This document shows, in pieces, positions 36,597-47,080 of a stretch of DNA of 64,000 nt. Position numbers and translations under genes: made by a program. Positions within the stretch are counted from its first letter, which is position 1, and each line of letters starts with the position of its first letter. The DNA lies in NCBI GenBank assembly GCA_951406725.2, contig OX597843.1:5580001-5644000 (forward strand), in the 5' to 3' direction. The stretch comes from Octopus vulgaris. Taxonomy: Eukaryota. The notes beneath the pieces were generated by a model that saw only the letters and a list, made by a program, of their open reading frames with translations, was not told where the DNA came from and did not search any database.

Positions 36597-36695
36597 GATA
36601 AATATTAGGGAATAAATCCAAACTTACAGGGAAAAATCAGATTTAGAATTGAATCCAATTTTATAGTATTATTGGATGCTCAGGAAAGAAGGAGG

Positions 36696-36730
36696 GTTTA
36701 ATGTTTCGAGCGGAGCTCTTCGTCGGAAAC
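36696..36730 (-). ncRNA. Degenerate minimal hammerhead motif (Penelope-type)
   Basis: GTTT-CCGACGA-A-GAGC-TCC-GCTC-GAAAC-ATT-AAAC. Stems I and II pair, but the core and stem III deviate. Confidence 0.45.
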
Positions 36731-36779
36731 ATAGGAGAAGGGAAGACAGAGGAAAAATCGCCACATACATATATATATA

Positions 36780-37556
36780 ACGGGCTTCTTTCAGTTTCCC
36801 TCGACCAAATCCACTCACAAGGCTTTGGTCGGTCCGAGGCTATAGTAAAAGACACTTGCCCAAGGTGCCACGCAGTGGGACTGAACCCGGAACCCTGTGG
36901 TTCGTAAGCAAGCTACTTACCACACAACCACTCCTGCGCCTATGAAAATGAAAACCATTTGAACGGACCGTGGAATTACCCTCAGGCAGAGAAAACGAAA
37001 GCATTTAAATAATTGGACGACAAGGAACACACCTCCATTCCGTTTGACCTCACCCAATCGAAAGTGAAACTTCAGGAAAACCCACAGGAAAATCACCTAA
37101 ATTTTATGCTTATATTTTACTTGTTTCAGTGAAATGACAGCGGCCGAGCTGGAGCAATGTCGGGAAGAATTTTAGTTGAATAAATCAACCCCTAGTACTC
37201 TTTTTTTTTTTTTTTTTTGTGTGTATGTATATGTGTTGCTTTTTTCTTTTCTTTTTCGAGTCTGGTTTTTATTGTCATTCTGTTTTGCTGAACCGCTAAG
37301 TTACGGGGGATGCAAACACACCAACATTGGTTGCCAAGCGGTGTAGATGGTGGTGGTGGTGGTGGTGGGCAGATACACTCACACACACATATGTATATAC
37401 ATATGTATTCTATTCAGTCTTTGGTCTGTGGCCATGCTGGAGTCTACTCCAGTTCTAAGTCTGGTGCCTTTTTGCCAAACCGCTACATAATGGGGAAGTA
37501 AACAAACCATCACTGTCAGGCAATGGTGGGGGACAAACACAAACACACTCATAGGC

Positions 37557-37595
<39 letters not shown>

Positions 37596-38866
37596 TGTGG
37601 CCATGCTGGAGCACTGCCTTTAGTCGAAACAAATCAGCCCCCAGGACTTATTCTTTGTAAGTCTAGTACTTATTCTATCGGTCACTTTTGCCGAACCGCT
37701 AGGTTACGGGGACGCAAACAAACACACACATTTACGTTGGGCTTCTTTCAGTTTCCATCTACCAAATCCACTCACAAGGCTTTGGTCGACTCAAGGTGCC
37801 CTGATGTGGGACTGAACCCGGATCCCTGTGGTTGGGAAGCAAGTTTATTATCACACACCCTAGCCTACGCCTGTGTGTATATCGCTTTTCTTTTTTCTTT
37901 TACTTGTTTCAGTCATTTGACTACGGCCATGCTGGAGCACCGCCTTTAATCGAGCAACTTGACCCCCAGGACTTATTCTTTGTAAGCCTAGTACTTATTC
38001 TATCGGTCACTTTAGCCAAACCGCTAAGTGACGGGGACGTAAACACACAAGCATCGGTTGTCAAGCAATGCTAGGGGGACAAACACACATATACATATAT
38101 ACGACAGGCTTCTTTCAGTTTCCGTCTACCAAATCCACTCACAAGGCTTTGGTCGGTCCGAGGCTATAGTAAAAGACACTTGCCCAAGGTGCCACGCAGT
38201 GGGACTGAACCCGGAACCCTGTGGTTCGTAAGCAAACTGCTTACCACACAGCCACTCCTGCACCTATGAAAATGAAAACCATTTGAACGGACCGTGGAAT
38301 TACCCTCAGGCAGAGAAAACGAAAGCATTTAAATAATTGGACGACAAGGAACACACCCCCATTCCGTTTGACCTCACCCAATCGAAAGTGAAACTTCAGG
38401 AAAACCCACAGGAAAACCACCTAAATTTTATGCTTATATTTTACTTGTTTCAGTGAAATGACAGCGGCCGAGCTGGAGCAATATTGGGAAGAATTTTAGT
38501 TGAATAAATCAACCCCTAGTACTCTTTTTTTTTTTTTTTTTTTGTGTGTATATGTGTTGCTTTTTTTTTTTCTTTTTCGAGTCTGGTTTTTATCCTGTCA
38601 TTCTGTTTTGCTGAACCGCTAAGTTACGGGGGACGCAAACACACCAACATTGGTTGCCAAGCGGCGTAGATGGTGGTGGTGGGCAGATACAGACACACAT
38701 ATGTATATACATATGCATTTTATTCAGTCTTTGGACAGTGGCCATGCTGGAGTCTACTCCAGTTCTAAGTCTGGTGCCTTTTTGCCAAACCGCTGCATCA
38801 TGGGGAAGTAAACAAACCATCACTGTCAGGCGATGGTGGGGGACAAACACAAAGACACTCATAGGC
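36780..38866. repeat. Local direct duplication of ~780 bp (36780-37555 and 38100-38866)
   Basis: SINE head plus the non-repeat sequence atgaaaatgaaaaccatttgaacggaccgtgg... present twice with high identity. Confidence 0.85.
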
Positions 38867-40148
38867 ATATATATAAAGCTGCTGTTGTCTGTGTATGGCA
38901 GGTTTGGTAGCCTTCAACTAACACAATCTCCTCCGGGACCCTGCGGCACAAGTTGACCAAAATTGAGAGTTTGATAAAAGAAGGCTTGCTCTTCCTTCCG
39001 TAGAAGAAAAAAATTCAAATGGGACAATGTTAACACCAAAAATTATTTACATCAAAAAGGTGCTTTTTTTCTATGAAAATCCCTATTTTTTACTACTTTT
39101 TTACTGCTGTGTCGCCATTTTTCGGTGTATTTCAACCAGAAAAATGTTCACTTAAAGAGAATAACAAGCTACATAATGCAAAATTTTTACTTTTCAAAAA
39201 TTCCAATTCTAAAGGGTCGAAACAAACCCGAGTAACGCCGGGCGATACTGCTAGTTTACATATATATATTTGTGTGTGTATTTATATTTGTATAAATGTT
39301 TGTCTTGACTTGATTTTTCCCTCGTAGACTTAAAGGTGGGGGCTGATAAATCAAGAACCAACTGGATATTGGTCCTCATTCTATATGCTGGGTGATATTG
39401 AAATTTCGCTAAAACCATGCACCATTCAAGCGTTGGGCCTCACGGAAGCAACGACAAATGACCGAGGCCTTTGGCAATATGCGGTGCCTGAGAAGAAGAC
39501 CCCATGAAGCCCCCAAGTGAAATAGCAGTCGTGGCAGATACTGGTGTAATGCAACTGGCACACAAAAGCACCTATTACATTCTCGGAGTGGTTAGCGTAA
39601 GGAAGGGTATCCAGCCGTAAAAACCATGCGAAACCTATCTGGAATCTGGTGCAGCCCCTCGGTTTACCAGCCCTGGTTAAACCATCCAACCCATGCCACC
39701 ATGGTCAACGGACGTTAAGTGATGATGATGATATATACAGAGAGAGCCGGGGGGGGGTTAATGTATGAAAACAAGAGAGAGAAAATTTTGAAATACCTTG
39801 TTTTTACTCATCTTTTCTTTGGTGTATATATATACGTGTGTAGAAATCAAAATATGTGAGTGTGTATAAATAAAAATAAATATATATAATTGTGTCTGTA
39901 TGTAAGTTGTGTATAAATGTACTTATATATAGCACTCTCTCCCCGTGTAAACTCCAGCAACATTGAAGTGGTTTCGATTTTATCCACCCACAAGCAGTGA
40001 TCACGTGGCTTTCTGTTTACCCAGGAAGTACAGAGGTCTCTTGCAGTCTGACCTATTTATAAAGTAGGGGAAATCCCACCGTAATATGGTCACGAATATG
40101 CTGTCTCTCTCACTCTCGTTCTCTCTCTCTCTCTCTCTCTGTCTATCT

Positions 40149-40183
<35 letters not shown>

Positions 40184-40216
40184 TGTCTCTCTCTCTCTCT
40201 CTCTCATTATGTATCT

Positions 40217-40331
40217 TTAAATGGGCAAAGGTAAAAAAAATACGCACACCACCCGATTTTCGGCGTAAACCTAACCCTGCATCCTAACCCTAACCACCGG
40301 GTGTGCGTATTCTTTACCTTCGCCCTTTAAA
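40217..40331. mobile_element. Small palindromic MITE-like element with TTTAAA ends and internal CCTAAC units
   Basis: gggcaaaggtaaa...atacgcacacc pairs with ggtgtgcgtat...tttaccttcgccc. Confidence 0.5.
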
Positions 40332-41034
40332 CGTATTTGTATGTATGCCTATACATATGTGTATTTGTGCTCCAGCATGGCTGCAGTCAAATGCCTGAAA
40401 CGGGTAAAAGAATTCACACGCACCCGTTCATTCTCTCTGACATAGAATATGGTGGGTTGCTCGTCCTGTTAGAAAGAGCCGCTAAATTCACTTCAAGCCA
40501 CATCTATCTGAACAGGAAAGTCGTGATGGCCACAACTGGAATGTCGGTGAGAGGCTTGGACTGTCCAAGGGTGAACAACAACGTAGGGTAATTTAGCGCA
40601 GTTATGTCCCTTGCCCCATTAACGAATCTATTCAATAAAGGGGAAGGAGTTATGTCCCTTGCACCGCCAACATAAAGTAATGGCGAACTTAAGACTCTTT
40701 CGCCACAACTTTCGTTCTACCTGCATCTTGCGGCTCACCTGCGACGGACCGGTGTCCTGTCCAGGTGGGGAACCTATACGCCAAAGAAACCGGGAAACCG
40801 GGCCTTATGAGCCAGGCTTGGCTTGAGAAGGAACAAACAAATATATACTCTACTCTTTTAGTTGTTTCAGTCATTTGACTGCGTCTACCAGCACCGCCTT
40901 TATCTACAAATCGACCACTTATTATTTGTAAGCCCAGTACTTATTCTATCGGTCTCTTTTGCTGAACCGCTAAGTAACGGGGACGTAAACACACCAGCAT
41001 CGGTTGTCAAGCAATGCTAGGGGGACAAACATAG

Positions 41035-41089
<55 letters not shown>

Positions 41090-41307
41090 TACGACGGGCT
41101 TCTTTCAGTTTCCATCTACCAAATCCACTCACAAGGCATTGGTCGGCCCGAGGCTATAGCAGAAGACACTTGCCCAAGGTGCCACAGCAGTGGGACTGAA
41201 CCCAAACCATGTGGTTAGTAAGCAAGCTACTTACCACACAGCCACTCCTGCAACTTGTTTATTAATTAGTTTAAATTAATTTTATTTTCTCTTTTGTTGT
41301 GTTCCAG

Positions 41308-41459
41308 GTCCTGCTTGCCCCGGCCGTTGGTTGCCGTGGTCATCATCATCATCATCATCATCATCGTCATGATCCAAGAAAGTTGTTGACTGTTGCTGTG
41401 GTGACCCAACAAAATAATTAAGTATATCACCAATAAAAAAAAAAAGTGATAAATATCCG
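41308..41459 (+). other. Candidate non-coding exon upstream of RFXAP
   Basis: Long pyrimidine tract with ttccAG|G at 41307/41308 and a possible donor CCG|GTAATC at 41459/41460. Confidence 0.35.
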
Positions 41460-42066
41460 GTAATCGGCAAATTTTGAAATTTCCTAACAAATTAATTCTA
41501 CGTTTTGGAGAAGTGAAATCTTGCTTTTTTTTTTTTGCATTTTTAAAAACTTTTTCTTTGTTTTTCAAATTTCTTTATTATTGATTGAAAAAAATTTTTT
41601 AATTTCGAATTCAATTCATTTCTCTCATTTTACAAATTCAGAAAAGAATATAATAATAATAATGATCCATTTTACTATAGGCACAAGGCCTGAAATTTTG
41701 TGGGGAGGGGCCAGTTGATTTCCTTGACCCCCCCACTCCAATGCTGGACTGCAGCTTGGTTTATTAACCCCATGAGGACGAAGAGCCAAATTTGACCTCA
41801 ACATAATTAGAACTGAGAGCATGAAACCAGGAGAAATAATAATAATAATAATGTTGATTTCAAGTTTGGTGTAAGGCCTGCAATTCCATCGACCCCAGAA
41901 CACTACTGGTACTTTATTCATTTCACCCTGAAAGAATAAAAGATGAAGTTTGATTTTGGTGGAATTTGAACTGACAATATAAGAAATAATAATAATAATA
42001 TTATGAGAAGGTATTTGTGTTTCTTAATTGGATATTAATTAAACAGGTGTACGACATTTTGAATTC

Positions 42067-42786
42067 ATGGACAGTGAGGAGGAAATGCCAGACTCTGAGG
42101 TACTTTTGCCGAGTGTTGCGAAACCAGCTGTTGTTGGTTCAAAACGCAGGCGTGTCAAACGTAAGGGGAATCCAGCCACTGGCTCCAAGATGGGGTCTGG
42201 TTCCACAGCGACTTCGACTTCATCGGACAAGGTCCGAATCACGGAGTCTACAGCGGCGACGGCAGTGATGACAGCAGTGACCACCAGCAACTCCACCACC
42301 AGCGCGGCCACTGTATCTCATGTGAGTAGTAAAAAGCAATCGCGTAAGAACTCGACGAGCCGACAGGAGGCTCAGAAGGAAACGAAGGGCGGTCAGGCTT
42401 CGGTGGCGCTGACCCCTAGTACGGCCGTAGTGAGTACAGGGGGCGAGAGTAGGCCCTCGTCAACGACGAGCCTGGACACGTCGACCGTAACACCACCTCC
42501 CCCTTTGCCACCCCAACTGCACCCGCACCCTTCCCTGCTGGTGAAGGAGACCCATGCCTCGTTTAACGAACCCGTCGTCAGTGAGTACAGCTTAACCCCG
42601 AGTCTACTCGACGAGGTGCTCTCACAGAAAAAACTCAGGCTCTTACGGTCCCCCGATGTGGTGAAATTCTTCAAACAACGACAACAGCAGACCCTGTTGG
42701 CCAACAGCCGGAGCATACGGGGCTTAGGACAGCTTTCGGTGACCACCACCACTAATGTTGCTGATAGGACTCACTTCAAAAACTGA
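42067..42786 (+). CDS. RFXAP: Regulatory factor X-associated protein-like (RFXAP), 239 aa: low-complexity Ser/Thr body, basic NLS-like stretch and conserved C-terminal motif
   Basis: PSLLDEVLSQKKLRLLRSPDVVKFFKQRQQQ matches the human RFXAP C-terminal region as I recall it (PTLLEQVLNQKRLSLLRSPEVVQFLQKQQQ). KRRRVKRK is NLS-like. Acceptor aacAG|G at 42046/42047 and AATAAA at 42877-42882. The frame is open back to the acceptor, so an upstream coding exon is not excluded. Confidence 0.75.
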   Translation: MDSEEEMPDSEVLLPSVAKPAVVGSKRRRVKRKGNPATGSKMGSGSTATSTSSDKVRITESTAATAVMTAVTTSNSTTSAATVSHVSSKKQSRKNSTSRQEAQKETKGGQASVALTPSTAVVSTGGESRPSSTTSLDTSTVTPPPPLPPQLHPHPSLLVKETHASFNEPVVSEYSLTPSLLDEVLSQKKLRLLRSPDVVKFFKQRQQQTLLANSRSIRGLGQLSVTTTTNVADRTHFKN

Positions 42787-42876
42787 CAACTTTTATTTTA
42801 CAAAAAAAAAAAAAAAAATTGAGACTCTCTTTTTTAAAAAAAAAATATTAATTAAAAAAGAGAAACTAAATTATTT

Positions 42877-42882
42877 AATAAA
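42877..42882 (+). terminator. Polyadenylation signal for the RFXAP-like transcript
   Basis: AATAAA about 90 nt after the stop, followed by T-rich sequence. Confidence 0.5.
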
Positions 42883-43059
42883 TGTAAATATATTTATATA
42901 TATTTTTTGCTATTATAGAGTTCTCTTTTTTTTTTTCTTCAATTGCTGTTACTGTTTTTCACGCGTGCTTTATTTCTTTAGCTTCCAGGTCAAGCCATAT
43001 AACACACCTGGCTACAAATGTTCGGATTATGTTCACTGTATCTTTTATTTCAGACCTAG

Positions 43060-43405
43060 TGCATCTAGGACTACATTATTTAATGTGTCCTTCCCTGTCG
43101 TTTAGCCCCGGGTCAGTCCTGATCCAGCAGACCTATGATCAGAAATGGTCCAACTGTGACCATCCTGTCTTTTATTCTGACGTAGTGTACCTAGGACTAC
43201 ATTATCCAATGTGTCCTTCCTTGTTGTTTAGCCCCAGGTCAGTCCTGATCCCGCAGACCTATGATCAAAGATGTTCCAGCTGTGACCATCCTGTCTGTTA
43301 TTCTGACATTGTGTACCTAGCACTACATTATCTAATGTGTCCTTCTTTCTTGTTGTTTAGCCCCAGGTCAGTCCTGATCCAGGCAGACCTATGATCAAAG
43401 ATGCT
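43060..43405. repeat. ~120-bp tandem repeat x3
   Basis: tttagccccaggtcagtcctgatcc...ctgtgaccatcctgtc...ctaggactacattat; related units at 18200-18370 (inverted). Confidence 0.75.
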
Positions 43406-43790
43406 CTCAGGTGGTCAGGATATGTCATCCAAACGGTCCCTTCAAGACTCCTGTAGACCATTCTCTACAGTGGGGAGCTCCAAAATGCAGATTCAGGGAC
43501 CAGCTGAAGTGTTCCCTTCTTCAAGCTGGAATTAGCCCCTAAAACCTGGGAGACAAGCTGCCGACCTTCCATCTTGGTGAAGAACAATCCATTTCGGTTG
43601 TTCCACTTTTGAGGAGAAGAGAAAGACTGAAGAAGCTAAGAGAAGGCAACGCAGGGCCCTCCAGCCAAGACCACCACCCTCCCTGCCAGGCGACCAGTGC
43701 CCAAGAATGTTCCATTCCTGACTTGGCCTTCTGAACCATATCAGGTTTAAACATTATGGAGGCACTGGATGAACCAAACTTAGACATGAG
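43405..43790 (+). mobile_element. Decayed RTE-like LINE 3' fragment
   Basis: RFRDQLKCSL...W.RTIHFGCSTFEEKR...KRRQR followed by CPRMF...GLLNH, with stops. Confidence 0.55.
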
Positions 43791-43811
43791 TGATGCTGCT
43801 GCCGCCAATTA

Positions 43812-44210
43812 TCTCTCTCTATATAAACGGCAGTTTGTCTGTCTGCGTGTCTGTTAGGTTGTACCCTCACCCTGACCACGGCTTTCAACCGATGATGAAA
43901 CTTGACACACACATAGCCCAATGTTGTAATTCAAAACTAACGCAGCGAAAATTTTGAAAAGTTCCCCCAGTTCTGAAAAAATCGATAAATTCGACATGGG
44001 GTCGAGAATCAGAAACACAAACCACAGACCGTCTAGGGGACGCAACTCGACCTTCTTAACTCACATCGTATACACAGAAGTATTGGAGTGAGGAGAAGAC
44101 ATTGCAACCTACACATGCGCCTTCGTTCCCAAGAGGGAAAGGACTAGATTGGGATTAGTCGTTGCCTACTAGGGTTTACATACCCGGGCAACGCCGGGGT
44201 ATGCTGCTAG
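43812..44210 (+). mobile_element. Non-autonomous Helitron-like element, second subfamily
   Basis: A|TCTCTCTCTATATAAA start and CCCGGGCAACGCCGGG...CTAG|T end. A related 3' end lies at 39225-39254, and related 5' ends at ~30688 and ~60900. Confidence 0.65.
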
Positions 44211-44759
44211 TGAGTGGATAAATACATTATCACCAACTTGGGAATTATACACTCATACATGGGAAAGAACAGATACACACATATATGTCCATATACCTTA
44301 TTTATATATGTGTGTTTATGCATCTATATGTATGCATGTATTTATCTCTCTCTATATGTATGTGTGTGTGTGTGTGCATATGTATCTATATATATGTGTG
44401 TATATGCATCTTTATATAGTTGTATATATATCTATATATGTGGAGGCGCAATGACCTAGTTGTTAGGGCAGCGGACTCGCAGTCGTAGGATCGCGGTTTC
44501 GGTTCCCAGACCGGGCGTTGTGAGTGTTTATTGAGCGAAAACACCTAAAGCTCCACGAGGCTCCGGCAGGGGATGGTGGTGATCCCTGCTGTACTCTTTG
44601 CCACACTTTCTTTCTTCTCTTGGCCTGCTCGCTTAGCCATTGGGGTGGCGTCATTTTGAAGGCTAAAACAATGCGAAGCACATTGTGATCAGCGATATGT
44701 AGCAACATCTGATAGCCTGGTCGGTCACGGTGATCACAGTGATATCTATATATATGCCT

Positions 44760-45045
44760 GTCATCGGCACAGATGGAGGAAGCACGTTAAGGAGGGGATC
44801 GACACTTTTGAGAGAGCACGTATCCAGCATGAAGAACTTAGGCGAGCTGCGCGAAAGCGCACGGCTCGTATAGTGAATGGGGAAAGCTTGGTCTGCAATG
44901 TTTGCAGTCGTGTATGCTTGTCAAGAGCAGGGCTCATTAGCCACCAACGGAGCCGCAAATGCAAAATATAAGTTAGTCCTAGAGCACACAATGTTCCTGA
45001 AGGTCGGCAATGGTCTTCCTCGGTCACGAGTGGACGGCCATCATC
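44760..45045 (+). mobile_element. RTE-like LINE 3' fragment with C-terminal C2H2-like motif
   Basis: RWRKHVKEGIDTFE...CNVCSRVCLSRAGLISHQRS. Confidence 0.6.
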
Positions 45046-45057
45046 ATATATATATAT

Positions 45058-45428
45058 AGGCGCAGGAGTGGCTGTGTGGTAAGTAGCTTGCTAACCAACC
45101 ACATGGTTCCAGGTTCAGTCCCACTGCGTGGCATCTTGGGCAAGTGTCTTCTGCTATAGCCCCGGGCCGACCAATACCTTGTGAGTGGATTTGGTAAACG
45201 GAAACTATATATATATATGTGTGTCTGTGTTTGTCCCCCTAGCATTGCTTGACAACCGATGCTGGTGTGTTTATGTCCCCGTCACTTAGTGGTTCGGCAA
45301 AAGAGACCGATAGAATAAGTACTGGGCTTACAAAAAGAATAAGTCCCGGGATCGATTTGCTCGACTAAAGGCGGTGCTCCAGCATGGCCGCAGTCAAATG
45401 ACTGAAACAAGTAAAAGAGAGAAAGAGT
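45058..45428 (+). mobile_element. tRNA-derived CORE-type SINE; representative of the most abundant family (more than 25 full or partial copies)
   Basis: tRNA-like head, CORE-like gcgtggcaycttgggcaagtgtctt, internal (TA/TG)n, and tail gctccagcatggccgcagtcaaatgactgaaacaagtaaaaga. Other + copies at ~9388-9970, 10082-10260, 20590-21140, 34508-35412, 47360-47728 and 48137-48907. Confidence 0.85.
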
Positions 45429-45459
45429 ATATGTGTATGTGTGTGTATGCATCTATATA

Positions 45460-46235
45460 TACAGGGTGCGGTGGGTAAATTGGCACCTATTTTGTTTTTG
45501 ATTTTCTCGACTACACAGTATCGTAGGGTCAGTCGGGCACTGTCTGTGAGAAAAACAGCACTGCGACCACATCACCCCTTACATCTGCCCACCTAACTCC
45601 CCAGACTGAAACCCCCTTGATTATTATGTGTGGGGGCACAGTTGAGCGAGAGACCAACAAAACTCCCTGCAACACCAAAGATGAACCGAAGGCAAGGATT
45701 ATGGCAGCATTTACCAACTTAACCCTTTAGTGTTCAGATTATTCTATCAAACATAATCTTATTGATTCACATTGATTTGAATTAATCATGCATTATCTCA
45801 TATCTTCAAGATCTTGATGGTGTAATTACTTAATGTAGAATAACATTGTAGGGTAGGTGTGAGAGCCTGGATCTGGTCAGTATGAACATAAAACAGATTA
45901 AATATTTTGGCCGGTTTAAATACTAAAGGGTTAAACAATAAGGAGACCATCCAGAAGTGTTGCAGGGTATTTCGAAGTTCCTTTACTCTCGACACATGTT
46001 TCGAAGACAGCATATATTCATTCCAAAGGAATAAAGGGTGCATTATGCAATCTTCTCATCAGGAAAGAAAGGGAGCCTCTCTCGACAAGACAATGGTGAT
46101 TTTATTGCATGAATTTACTCTTTAGTATTTCAAAATGTTTTTAGGTAATTTTGGTAAATGTGTCTGTTAAAATGAGATGTCGGCGAAATTTTCATTTTTA
46201 TGGAATTTAGACGACAGTTTATTCACACACACGGA
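45460..46235 (+). mobile_element. Internally deleted Tc1/mariner-superfamily remnant with nested insertions
   Basis: TA|CAGGGTG start and PPNSPD*NPLDYYVWGTVE. Interrupted at ~45720-45935 by another repeat and at ~45977-46090 by the hammerhead-bearing segment. Confidence 0.6.
45986..46067 (-). ncRNA. Type I hammerhead ribozyme motif, intact core, GUC cleavage triplet
   Basis: Minus strand reads CTTTC-CTGATGA-GAAGATTGCATA...TATGCTGTCTTC-GAAAC-ATGT-GTC-GAGAG. Stem I is CUUUC/GAGAG, stem II is extended, stem III is AC/GU with a 4-nt loop. Confidence 0.7.
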
Positions 46236-46299
46236 TTGTATGATGTTATCTGCATAAGTCTGTGGTGACCCAGACTTTGCATCACACCATCTTGGCAAC

Positions 46300-47080
46300 C
46301 CTTCCCCCCCAATTCTCCTCATCCCCTCTTCTCTCATTTTCTCTTCCCCCTCTCCTCACTTCTCCTTCCTCTCCTTTCCTCATCTTCTTTCTCCCTCCTC
46401 TCCTTCCCCCTGCCCCCTTTTGTACCCTCACAACCTACCCCACATACCACTCCACCCACCCACACTCTTCTCCCTCCCTCTTCTCCTCCCACTCTCCTCC
46501 TTCCATCTTCCCCTCTTCTCCTTTCCCTTCCTCCTCTCCTTCACCCTACCCCCTTTTGTACCCTCATCCCCCTCCCACACTCAGCCTCTCTCATCCCACT
46601 CCTCCCATCCTCTTCTCCACTCCCCATCTCCCCCTTCTCCTTCCTCTCCTCCCCTCTCCTTTCCTCATCTTCTTTCTCCCTCCTCTCCTTCCCCCTGCCC
46701 CCTTTTGTACCCTCCTCCCTTCTCACACCCTGCCTCTCCCATCCCACTCCAACCACACTCTTCTCCCTCCCTCTTCTCCTCCCACACTCTTCTCCCTCCC
46801 TCTTCTCCTCCCACACTCTTCTCCTTCCATCTTCCCCTATTCTCCTCATCCCCTCATCTCTCATTTTCTCTTCCCCCTCTCCTCACTTCTCCTTCCTCTC
46901 CTTTCCTCATCTTCTTTCTCCCTCCTCTCCTTCCCCATGTCCCCTTTTGTACCCTCCTCCCCTCTCCCATCCCACTCCACCCACACTCTTCTCCCTCCCT
47001 CTTCTCCTCCCACCCTCCTCTCCTTCCCCCTCGCCATCATCTCCCACCGTTCCCTCCTCTCCCTTTCACCCCACTCTCCA
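46300..47080. repeat. Pyrimidine-rich (CT) degenerate tandem repeat
   Basis: Recurrent cacactcttctccctccctcttctcctcc and ccttttgtaccctc units. Confidence 0.85.
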
